Source: Candidatus Parepulonipiscium sp. PG-Nuni2H_MBin01
GTDB lineage: Bacteria > Bacillota > Clostridia > Lachnospirales > Cellulosilyticaceae
Direction: 5' to 3'
Assembly: GCA_001994995.1 (NCBI GenBank)
Contig: MDJM01000084.1
Span: 171 to 64,170, forward strand
Length of the DNA stretch: 64,000 nucleotides
In this document: piece after piece, positions 28,967-38,750 of the stretch
How the letters are laid out: each line of letters begins with the position of its first letter
How positions within the stretch are numbered: the stretch's first letter is position 1
Program-made: the position numbers and the translations under genes
The notes under the pieces: model-generated
Told to the model about the DNA's origin: nothing
Database searches by the model: none
The model's input: the letters and a program-made list of their open reading frames with translations, nothing else

Positions 28967-30091
28967 ATGAGAAAAGCGTTTATTTGCCCAACTAAATATG
29001 TTCAGGGAGAAGATGAGTTACTGAATTTAGGATATTTTGTTAAAACTTTCGGAACATCAGCACTATTAATAGCACATAAAGATGACGTTAACAGAGTAAA
29101 AGAAAAATTAGACTCAACAGCACAAAAATTTCAAATTACTTTTGCAGAATCAAACTTTGGTGGAGAATGTTCTAGAAATGAAATCGCAAGATTACAGCAA
29201 GTAGCAAAAGATAATAGTTGCGATTGTATCATCGGATTAGGCGGTGGTAAAGCAATAGATACAGCAAAATGTGTTGCTGAAGGTGGTAACTTAATTATTG
29301 TGCCAACAATTGCTGCAACAGATGCTCCAACTAGCCATTCAGCTGTACTATACACAGATGATGGAGCGTTTGATGACTACGCATATTTTAGACAAAGCCC
29401 TAGTGTAGTTTTAATTGATACAACAGTAATTGCAAATGCACCAACTAGATTTTTAGTATCTGGAATGGGTGATGCTTTATCAACTTATTTTGAAGCTCGT
29501 GCATCTAGAAATTCTTTTGCTAGAGTTAATGCATCATTACCTTGTGGAGCACTAACAGGCGAATGTCCACCGGCTGTAGGAACAAATACTGCGTTTGCAT
29601 TAGCGAAACTATGCTATGAAACTCTTTTAGCAGAAGGAGTAAAAGCTAAAATTGCTAATGAGTGTAAACAAGTAACACAATCTTTGGAAAACATAATAGA
29701 GGCAAATAGCTTACTTTCAGGGCTTGGATTTGAAAGCGGTGGTCTTGCAGGAGCACATGCAATTCATGACGGCTTAACTATAATTGAAGAAACTCATAAA
29801 TTTTTCCATGGCGAAAAAGTAGCTTTCGGAACAATCTGTCAGTTAGTTCTTGAAAATTCACCTACAGCAGAGCTAGAAGAAGTAATTAATTTCTGCATTA
29901 GCGTTGGGTTACCAGTTTGTCTTGAAGACTTAGGGATTAAAGAACTTTCTAATGAGCAACTTATGGCAGTAGCTGAAAAAGCATGTATTCCAGAAGAGAG
30001 TATCCATGCTATGCCATTTAAAGTTACACCAGCAGATGTTGCAGCGGCTATTATTACAGCGGATAGAATTGGTAGTTTAATGAAAAATTAG
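28967..30091 (+). CDS. gldA: Glycerol dehydrogenase
   Basis: GLGGGKAIDTAK, GMGDALSTYFEA and AGAHAIHDGLT motifs of GldA-type group III dehydrogenases. Confidence 0.85.
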   Translation: MRKAFICPTKYVQGEDELLNLGYFVKTFGTSALLIAHKDDVNRVKEKLDSTAQKFQITFAESNFGGECSRNEIARLQQVAKDNSCDCIIGLGGGKAIDTAKCVAEGGNLIIVPTIAATDAPTSHSAVLYTDDGAFDDYAYFRQSPSVVLIDTTVIANAPTRFLVSGMGDALSTYFEARASRNSFARVNASLPCGALTGECPPAVGTNTAFALAKLCYETLLAEGVKAKIANECKQVTQSLENIIEANSLLSGLGFESGGLAGAHAIHDGLTIIEETHKFFHGEKVAFGTICQLVLENSPTAELEEVINFCISVGLPVCLEDLGIKELSNEQLMAVAEKACIPEESIHAMPFKVTPADVAAAIITADRIGSLMKN

Positions 30092-30102
30092 TGGAGGCTA
30101 GC

Positions 30103-31848
30103 ATGAAAAAAATAATAAATCAACCAGAAACTATGATAGTTGAAATGTGCAACGGTTTAGTGATGGCACACCCAGAGCTTGAGTTTTTACCTAAATTTAA
30201 AGTGATAAAAAAATCTAATATTAACAAAGATAAAGTTTCATTAATAAGCGGTGGAGGTAGCGGACATGAACCGGCACATGCAGGATTTGTAGGCGAAGGT
30301 ATGCTTGATGCTGCAGTATGTGGAGATGTATTTGCATCGCCATCTCAAATTCAAGTTTATGAAGCAATTAAGGCAGCGGCAACAGATAAAGGGGTTTTAT
30401 TAATCATCAAAAACTATAGTGGTGATATAATGAACTTTAAAAATGCCGCTCACCTAGCTACTGAAGATGGCATAAATGTGGAATATATTAAAGTTGAAGA
30501 TGATATCGCTGTTATGGATAGCTTGTATACAGTAGGTAGACGTGGTGTTGCTGGTACAATTTACGTGCATAAAATTGCGGGTGCAGCAGCACAAAAGGGC
30601 TGGGAGTTGCAAAAAGTAAAAGAAATTGCACAAGATACAGCGGATAACGTAAGAAGTATGGGCTTTGCATTCACTTCATGTACCGTGCCAGCAAAAGGAA
30701 CTCCAACATTTGAGCTAGCAGATGATGAGATGGAATTTGGTGTGGGTATACATGGCGAACCTGGAATTGAGCGTCAGAAAGTAGTTGGTGCGGATGAGCT
30801 GGCTATAAAATTAGTGGAGCCAATTGTTAAAGACTTAGACTTAATTAACAACAAGCAAGAAATTGCGTTACTAATTAATGGCTTTGGTGCTACTCCACTG
30901 CAAGAGCTATATGTGCTTAACAATGCTGTTAGAAAATATTTATCACAATATAATATAGTACCAGTGGTTACACACGTAGGGAACTATATGACTAGCATTG
31001 ATATGGCAGGGGCTTCTATTTCTATATTAAGATTATGCGATACTAAAAAAGAACTGCTGTTAGCGCCATCAGATACACCTGGGTTTAAGGTGGGAGCGTA
31101 CGTTCCTCCTATCGCTTACCAAGAAGTAATTCAGCCAGAAACTAAGGAGCATGCTAACTATACAGTAGAGACTGACGCAAGCTATGCGGTTATAAAAGAT
31201 AATATCACTTTAAATAACTTAGTATATATAATTGATAAAATGGCTGAAGTAATCATTGCCAATGAAGTTCCATTCTGCGACTTGGATTCGCACGCTGGAG
31301 ACGGCGACTTTGGTATGAGCGTAGCAAAAGGGTTTAGACAACTAAAAGCTGAGTGGAACGAAGTTTTAGACACTACAATTGGTGGGTTTTTAAACAACTG
31401 CGCTATGATTATTATGGAACATTGCGGTGGAGCATCGGGACCAATTTGGGGTTCTGCATTTAGAGCTGCATCTAGATATGCACAAGATAAAACAACGTTA
31501 ACAGCTGCAGAGTTTGCACAATTGCTACAAGCTACTGTGGAAGGCATTCAAGCTACAGGAGAGCGCAGCTTTGGTAGGGGCGCTGGTGTAGGCGATAAAA
31601 CTTTAATGGATGCACTTATCCCAACAGCGAACGTTTGGCAAGAAAAAGCTAGCACTACTAGTTTTAAAGAACTATTCGAGTTAGGTGCACAAGCTGCTGT
31701 GGACGGAGCTAAGAAAACCGAAGAGATTGTTGCTAGAATGGGTAGAGCAGGCACAGTTGGAGAAAGAAGTATTGGTTATCCAGATGCAGGAGCACATGCA
31801 CTTGGAGTAATTTTTACAGAAATAACAAACAACTTAAAATTTGAATAA
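30103..31848 (+). CDS. ATP-dependent dihydroxyacetone kinase, fused DhaK-DhaL domains
   Basis: SGGGSGHEPAHAGFVG (DhaK) and DSHAGDGDFG (DhaL). The ATG at 30103 follows GTGGAGG. Confidence 0.9.
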   Translation: MKKIINQPETMIVEMCNGLVMAHPELEFLPKFKVIKKSNINKDKVSLISGGGSGHEPAHAGFVGEGMLDAAVCGDVFASPSQIQVYEAIKAAATDKGVLLIIKNYSGDIMNFKNAAHLATEDGINVEYIKVEDDIAVMDSLYTVGRRGVAGTIYVHKIAGAAAQKGWELQKVKEIAQDTADNVRSMGFAFTSCTVPAKGTPTFELADDEMEFGVGIHGEPGIERQKVVGADELAIKLVEPIVKDLDLINNKQEIALLINGFGATPLQELYVLNNAVRKYLSQYNIVPVVTHVGNYMTSIDMAGASISILRLCDTKKELLLAPSDTPGFKVGAYVPPIAYQEVIQPETKEHANYTVETDASYAVIKDNITLNNLVYIIDKMAEVIIANEVPFCDLDSHAGDGDFGMSVAKGFRQLKAEWNEVLDTTIGGFLNNCAMIIMEHCGGASGPIWGSAFRAASRYAQDKTTLTAAEFAQLLQATVEGIQATGERSFGRGAGVGDKTLMDALIPTANVWQEKASTTSFKELFELGAQAAVDGAKKTEEIVARMGRAGTVGERSIGYPDAGAHALGVIFTEITNNLKFE

Positions 31849-31851
31849 AAT

Positions 31852-31880
31852 AAGGGCGCTGGATATCTCAGCGCCCTTTA
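31852..31880. terminator. Bidirectional rho-independent terminator
   Basis: AAGGGCGCTG (31852-31861) pairs with CAGCGCCCTT (31869-31878), between convergent genes. Confidence 0.8.
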
Positions 31881-31883
31881 AGT

Positions 31884-32564
31884 TTAGATAACTTCGTCTT
31901 CTACTACTTCATCAACGTTAGTTACATCAGCAAGTTTTGCATTAACGTCTTTTGCCATATCTTCAGAAATGTTTTTAAGCTCTGCAATCTCTTCTAATTT
32001 CTTTTCTCTAACAACTCCATGTTCACCTTTAGCTTGGCCCTCTAAAATTCTAATTTCGCTATCAATATCCTTTTGAATAGCTTGAGTGCTTTCTGCTTGT
32101 TTTAAATCTCCAGTCATATTAACTAGGTTAGTAAGTTTAGCTGATAAAGATTCTTCCTTAGTTTGAGGCTCTTTGCTATAAGTTTTTAACTCTTTTTCCT
32201 CAGTTTCTTTCTCGCGCTCTTCTTCTATAACCTCATTAATTTGCTCATCTAAAAGAGTAAGTTTCTCATCATACATCTCTAGTTGACTCTCGATAGACTC
32301 TAAAGACTCCCCATTAGCAAGAGTATCAGCAATTAACTCATTTTTATTGTCAGTTAACTCAGTTTTTTGCTTATTTAAAGATTCCACTAAAGACATAGCT
32401 TTACCTTGTGAAGAGAAAGATACAGATAAACCGCTCTCATTTAATTGAGACTGTGCTTGATCAGTTTCAGCGCTATTTATGTTATTTCCTTGAAAATTTA
32501 CTCTTCCCATACTGTTATAGTTGTTAATTCCGTATTGACTAAATTGACTAATTTGACTCATCAT
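31884..32564 (-). CDS. Acidic coiled-coil protein, function unknown
   Basis: 226 aa with a Q/N/S-rich N-terminus and E/K-rich heptad-like remainder. RBS GGGGGAAAC precedes the ATG. Confidence 0.5.
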   Translation of the reverse strand: MMSQISQFSQYGINNYNSMGRVNFQGNNINSAETDQAQSQLNESGLSVSFSSQGKAMSLVESLNKQKTELTDNKNELIADTLANGESLESIESQLEMYDEKLTLLDEQINEVIEEEREKETEEKELKTYSKEPQTKEESLSAKLTNLVNMTGDLKQAESTQAIQKDIDSEIRILEGQAKGEHGVVREKKLEEIAELKNISEDMAKDVNAKLADVTNVDEVVEDEVI

Positions 32565-32870
32565 GACTGTTTCCCCCTAAAATGTTTAAATATTTTATAC
32601 TAGTTATATCGATATATTCTGACAATAACTAAATGTGATTTAAGATAAATAGATAGCTGTTTTTTTTTTTTATGACCATCTATTGTTTCTATGTAATATA
32701 TATCGACTTAAAATAAGACAAGTTAAGTGGAAATGTTTTCTAACCTTTGCATAAAATTTAACTAATTTTTAAAATATGTATTGACAGGTGTATATACAGT
32801 AATATATAATAACTTTTAAGATTACTAACCCAGATGTTTAGCCAATAAATTAACTTCAACCTTTGCAATC

Positions 32871-32899
32871 TTGACATGCTATATTTGTCAATATATAAT
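32871..32899 (+). promoter_or_regulatory. Consensus sigma-A promoter (TTGACA, 17-nt spacer, TATAAT) overlapped by the inverted repeat TTGACA-N9-TGTCAA
   Basis: TTGACA at 32871-32876, TGTCAA at 32886-32891, TATAAT at 32894-32899. It lies 20 nt upstream of the niaR ATG. Confidence 0.6.
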
Positions 32900-32918
32900 T
32901 GCTTGTAGGAGGGATAAG

Positions 32919-33446
32919 ATGAATGTAATTGAAAGAAGAAATATCATTTTAACTACGCTAAATGAAGCTAATACCCCAATACCAGCAAAAGAATTTGCAA
33001 ATTTATTTGGCGTAACAAGACAAGTTATAGTTCAAGACATATCTATTTTAAAGGCTACTCACTCAAATATTTTATCAACAAATTTAGGGTATGTTATCCA
33101 AAAGAGTAATAAATGCACGAAAGAATTTTGGGTTTGTCATAGCGATGAGCGCACTATAGAAGAATTAAATTTAATAGTAGACTTAGGTGGAGTTATAAAA
33201 GACGTTAGTATAGACCATGAATTCTATGGTAAAATTACTGTTAGTATGAATATTACTTCACGTAAAAGTGCGCAAGAATATGACGAAGGACTTAAAACAA
33301 AAAACTATAAAAATTTATGCAATTCAACAGGCGGCTACCATTACCATCTGATTGAAGCAGATGATGAAGAAACGTTAGCACTAATAGAAAGAACATTAAA
33401 AGATAATGGATTTATAATAGCAGATATAGTAGAAGATGCCCACTAG
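32919..33446 (+). CDS. niaR: NiaR (YrxA) transcriptional repressor of NAD metabolism (HTH + 3H domain)
   Basis: MNVIERRNIILTTLNEANTPIPAKEFANLFGVTRQVIVQDISILKA. The C-terminal His-containing domain has HLIEA. The start at 32919 follows GGAGGG. Confidence 0.85.
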   Translation: MNVIERRNIILTTLNEANTPIPAKEFANLFGVTRQVIVQDISILKATHSNILSTNLGYVIQKSNKCTKEFWVCHSDERTIEELNLIVDLGGVIKDVSIDHEFYGKITVSMNITSRKSAQEYDEGLKTKNYKNLCNSTGGYHYHLIEADDEETLALIERTLKDNGFIIADIVEDAH

Positions 33447-33471
33447 ATGGTGGGCTAGAAAGGGTAAAAAA

Positions 33472-34188
33472 ATGTTAAAAAATTTTGATATTAAAAATTA
33501 CAGAATCGATATAGCGTTGTTTGCATTTATGATTGGTGTGAATTTAATAACTGGTGGTTTTAGCTCTATTTCTGGTGCAATTTGTTCGTTATGTGGAGTA
33601 TTATGTGTGCTTATGGTTGCGCGCGGTAACATCTGGAACTTTGCTTTTGGTATTATTAATGTGTCGCTATACATATTTATTGCATGGGAACAGAAGTTTT
33701 TTGGGGAAGTAATGTTAAATGCGTTTTATTATTTGCCTGTAAATTTATTTGGCTATTTTATTTGGAAACGCAATATGCAAGGAAATCATGTTAAAGCAAA
33801 AAATTTATTACCAATGAAAAAGCTTCAGATGATGATTGTATGTATAATAGCTATTTTTACTTATGGCTACATTTTGCAAAACTTAGGTGGAAACAATCCT
33901 TATCTAGATTCAATGTCAACAGTTTTATCTATAGTAGCACAATTGTTAATGCTTCTTATGTATAGCGACCAATGGTTATTATGGATTATTGTAAACGTTG
34001 TATCTGTTATTATGTGGGGTATGGATTATTATGTTACACGAGATATAATTGCAATTCAAATGACTGCTATGTGGTTTGCTTATTTATTAAATGCTATCAA
34101 CGGTTATGTTAGATGGCTTAAAATGGCTAAAGAAACTGAAGAAAATGGTGATATAAGTGAAGAAATCAATACTGCAGTTTTAGAATAA
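33472..34188 (+). CDS. pnuC: Nicotinamide riboside transporter PnuC
   Basis: About 7 TM, with the WNFAFGIINVSLY segment and a W-rich C-terminal half. Lies between niaR and the nadR-type gene. Confidence 0.8.
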   Translation: MLKNFDIKNYRIDIALFAFMIGVNLITGGFSSISGAICSLCGVLCVLMVARGNIWNFAFGIINVSLYIFIAWEQKFFGEVMLNAFYYLPVNLFGYFIWKRNMQGNHVKAKNLLPMKKLQMMIVCIIAIFTYGYILQNLGGNNPYLDSMSTVLSIVAQLLMLLMYSDQWLLWIIVNVVSVIMWGMDYYVTRDIIAIQMTAMWFAYLLNAINGYVRWLKMAKETEENGDISEEINTAVLE

Positions 34189-34259
34189 TACAAATATTAT
34201 AACTGATAATAGTGGAATGCTAGTATCAGTTATTTTAATGAATATAGGAGTGGTATAAA

Positions 34260-35384
34260 ATGACAGTAGTTACTTTAAAGTATAAAACAGGCGTATTTCC
34301 ATCAAAGTTTTTACCGTTTCACAGAGGACATATGAATGCAATTTTAAAAGCATCTACACAATGTGAAACTCTATATGTTTGCGTTTGTGAAGGGCGTGAT
34401 TATGATAAGGTATGTGAAACTAACAATATTAAACCTATGCCATTAGCACTTAGACTAAGATGGGTATGTCAGGAGCTTGAGGATTTTGCACATATTAAAG
34501 TTATTTCAATAGACTGCGCACCAGAAGATTCTGAGCTATGGAGTTGCCAGTTACATGAAATTGTTCCTGACATTGATGTTATGTTTGTTGGCGAGGTATC
34601 ATATAAAGATGAATTTATTAGGCATTATCCTGATGTAGATTATATAGTTTATGACCCAGACAGATTAGAAGTTGATATTTCTGCAACTGAAATTAGAGAC
34701 AATCCGTATAAGCATTGGGACTTTATGTTGGGGTCAGTAAGACCTCACTTTGCAAAAAAAGTGTTATTAGTAGGCACAGAAAGTTGCGGAAAAAGTTCTT
34801 TAACTAAAATGCTAGCAAAAATATTTCACACTTCTTGGGCGCGAGAAGAGGGACGGTATTATGCGGATAAATATTTAGGTGGTAATTGGGACTGCATTAC
34901 TAAAGAAGATTTTTTTAGAATTGCTTATGAGCAGCGTCAAATTGAAGATGATGCTATTAGAAATGCTAATAAGATAACATTTTTTGATACGGATAGTTTA
35001 ATTACTCAATATTACTGCGAACAGTTTTTTGGAGAGTTTAATGATGACTTATATGTATTTATAGACCCTAGTAGATATGATATGGTGCTTATTATGAAAC
35101 CAGATGTTAAGTGGGTTGGTGATGGGACAAGATTTTTAGGTGAACAAAAGATGCGAGAGAAGTTGCATAAAAAAGTATTGCAAATGTATATAGATAGAGG
35201 TTATACCAATATATATGAACTAGGCGGCAATTATGAGGAGCGATTAGAGGTGGCTAAATATCTTAGCAAACGGCTTATTTTAGCTACTCCTTTTGAGGAA
35301 AGTAATATTATTATTAATGATACGATGATGTTAAATATAGTTAATATGGGTGATTATAATAGCGTTAGGATTGATTATATATAG
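34260..35384 (+). CDS. nadR: Bifunctional NMN adenylyltransferase / ribosylnicotinamide kinase (NadR-type, no HTH)
   Basis: GVFPSKFLPFHRGHMNAI (HxGH nucleotidyltransferase) and the GTESCGKSSLTKMLA P-loop. Confidence 0.85.
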   Translation: MTVVTLKYKTGVFPSKFLPFHRGHMNAILKASTQCETLYVCVCEGRDYDKVCETNNIKPMPLALRLRWVCQELEDFAHIKVISIDCAPEDSELWSCQLHEIVPDIDVMFVGEVSYKDEFIRHYPDVDYIVYDPDRLEVDISATEIRDNPYKHWDFMLGSVRPHFAKKVLLVGTESCGKSSLTKMLAKIFHTSWAREEGRYYADKYLGGNWDCITKEDFFRIAYEQRQIEDDAIRNANKITFFDTDSLITQYYCEQFFGEFNDDLYVFIDPSRYDMVLIMKPDVKWVGDGTRFLGEQKMREKLHKKVLQMYIDRGYTNIYELGGNYEERLEVAKYLSKRLILATPFEESNIIINDTMMLNIVNMGDYNSVRIDYI

Positions 35385-35406
35385 AGGCGATTGCCTCTTT
35401 TTTTAT
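35383..35406 (+). terminator. Rho-independent terminator
   Basis: AGAGGC-gatt-GCCTCT followed by TTTTTTT. Confidence 0.8.
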
Positions 35407-35649
35407 TGCAAAAAATTTGACACCTTATATTTAGATTAAACTATTTTAGTAGAGACACACCTTAAGTTATATAGATAGTTAAATCACAAAGGTGTCAACA
35501 GATGGAAAAAGGTATCTATACTTTAGAAGAATATTGCATTAATATAATTCCTAAACTATAATCTGATTATAGTAATATTTACTCAGTTGAAAAGTTTAAG
35601 AGTACAATTACTATAGTAATAATTTCTTATTAGGAAGGAGGAATAAAGC

Positions 35650-37197
35650 ATGATGAAAAAAATTCAAAGATTTGGTGGAGCAATGTTTACTCCAGTATTA
35701 TTATTCGCATTTGCAGGTATTATTATTGGTTTTGGAACATTATTTACTACAGAGGCCATTGTAGGAGAGTTAGCAAACCCAGCCGGAGCATGGTATAAGT
35801 TTTGGAACGTAGTACTTTCAGGCGGATGGACTGTATTTAGCCAACTACCATTATTATTTGTTGTAGGGCTACCTATTGGGTTAGCTAATAAACAGCAGGC
35901 TCGATGTTGTATGGAGGCACTTGTTTTATACTTAACGTTTCAGTACTTTATGAATGCTATATTAGGAAGTTGGGGTGCAAACTTTGGAGTTGATTTTACT
36001 GCTGAAATTGGAGGAACTAGTGGGTTAACAATGGTAGCAGGGATTAAAACTTTAGATATGGGAATGATAGGTGCTTTAATGATTTCGGGCATAGTAATTG
36101 CAATACATAACAAGTATTTTGATACTAAGCTACCAGAGTGGTTAGGAACATTTAGTGGCTCTTCTCTTGTTGTAATTATAGGTTTCGTTGTTTTATTACC
36201 AGTAGCTGCACTTAGTGCATTCGTATGGCCTATGATTCAAAATTTAATGTTATCATTTCAATCAGCAGTAACTAGCGCCGGCTCTTTTGGTGTTTGGCTA
36301 TTTATTTTCTTGGAGAGATTATTAATTCCATTTGGACTACATCACTTATTATATTTTCCATTTTTCTATGATAATGCAGTTATTCAAGGAGGAGTACATA
36401 GTGCGTGGGCTACTATGTTACCAACGTTAGCCTCAAGCTCAGATTCCTTAAAAGATTTAGCTCCATGGGCGTGGCCTCAACTTACTGGCTTATCAAAAGT
36501 ATTTGGCTGTCCTGGTATTGCACTTGCATTATATACAACTGCAAAATCTGAGAAAAAAGCCAAAGTGGCAGGATTATTAATACCTATAACATTAACAGCC
36601 ATATTTTGTGGTGTTACAGAACCTATTGAATTTACATTTTTATTTGTGGCCCCAATATTATTCTTTGTTCATGCCATCTTAGCAGCTACATTATCCACAG
36701 TGGCAAATATATTTGGAGTTGTTGGTTCTATGAGTGGTGGGTTAATTGAAATATCAGCTTTAAATTTTATTCCTCTTATGGGTGCACACTGGGGAACTTA
36801 TTTAACATTATTAATTGTAGGTTTAATATTTACAGGCATTTACTTTGTAGTCTTTAGATTTTTAATATTAAAGCTAGACCTAAAAACCCCAGGACGGGAA
36901 GAAGATGATGAGATAACCTTTAGAACAAAGGCAGAATATCGAGAAAGAAATGAATCTAGTAAATTATCTAAAGCAGAGCTAATTCTAGACGGTGTTGGCG
37001 GTAAAGATAATGTTATTGATGTGACTAACTGCGCAACTAGACTTAGATTAAATGTTAAAGATGCGACGTTGCTAAAAGATGATGCATATTTTAAACAAAT
37101 TGGCACCCATGGTGCAAGTAAAAAAGGTACTAGTATACAAGTTATAGTAGGGCTTTCTGTAGCAAGTGTTAGAGATGATTTTGAAAAATTGTTATAA
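35650..37197 (+). CDS. PTS EIICB component, alpha-glucoside/maltose family
   Basis: Polytopic EIIC plus a C-terminal EIIB with NCATRLRLNVKD (phospho-Cys motif). Confidence 0.88.
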   Translation: MMKKIQRFGGAMFTPVLLFAFAGIIIGFGTLFTTEAIVGELANPAGAWYKFWNVVLSGGWTVFSQLPLLFVVGLPIGLANKQQARCCMEALVLYLTFQYFMNAILGSWGANFGVDFTAEIGGTSGLTMVAGIKTLDMGMIGALMISGIVIAIHNKYFDTKLPEWLGTFSGSSLVVIIGFVVLLPVAALSAFVWPMIQNLMLSFQSAVTSAGSFGVWLFIFLERLLIPFGLHHLLYFPFFYDNAVIQGGVHSAWATMLPTLASSSDSLKDLAPWAWPQLTGLSKVFGCPGIALALYTTAKSEKKAKVAGLLIPITLTAIFCGVTEPIEFTFLFVAPILFFVHAILAATLSTVANIFGVVGSMSGGLIEISALNFIPLMGAHWGTYLTLLIVGLIFTGIYFVVFRFLILKLDLKTPGREEDDEITFRTKAEYRERNESSKLSKAELILDGVGGKDNVIDVTNCATRLRLNVKDATLLKDDAYFKQIGTHGASKKGTSIQVIVGLSVASVRDDFEKLL

Positions 37198-37213
37198 ATA
37201 ACTAATTAGTTGA

Positions 37214-38605
<1,392 letters not shown>

Positions 38606-38612
38606 TTAAAAA

Positions 38613-38645
38613 AAGGGATTGCCATATGGTAATCCCTTTTTTTCA
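38613..38645 (+). terminator. Rho-independent terminator
   Basis: GGGATTGCC-atat-GGTAATCCC followed by TTTTTTT. Confidence 0.85.
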
Positions 38646-38750
38646 GTTATGCATATTGACTAACTATATAAAAAATACTATAATTAACTAATACCATTTA
38701 GCTAAAAATCACAGCAATATATATAATTTTATATTTTGGAGGTATGATAA

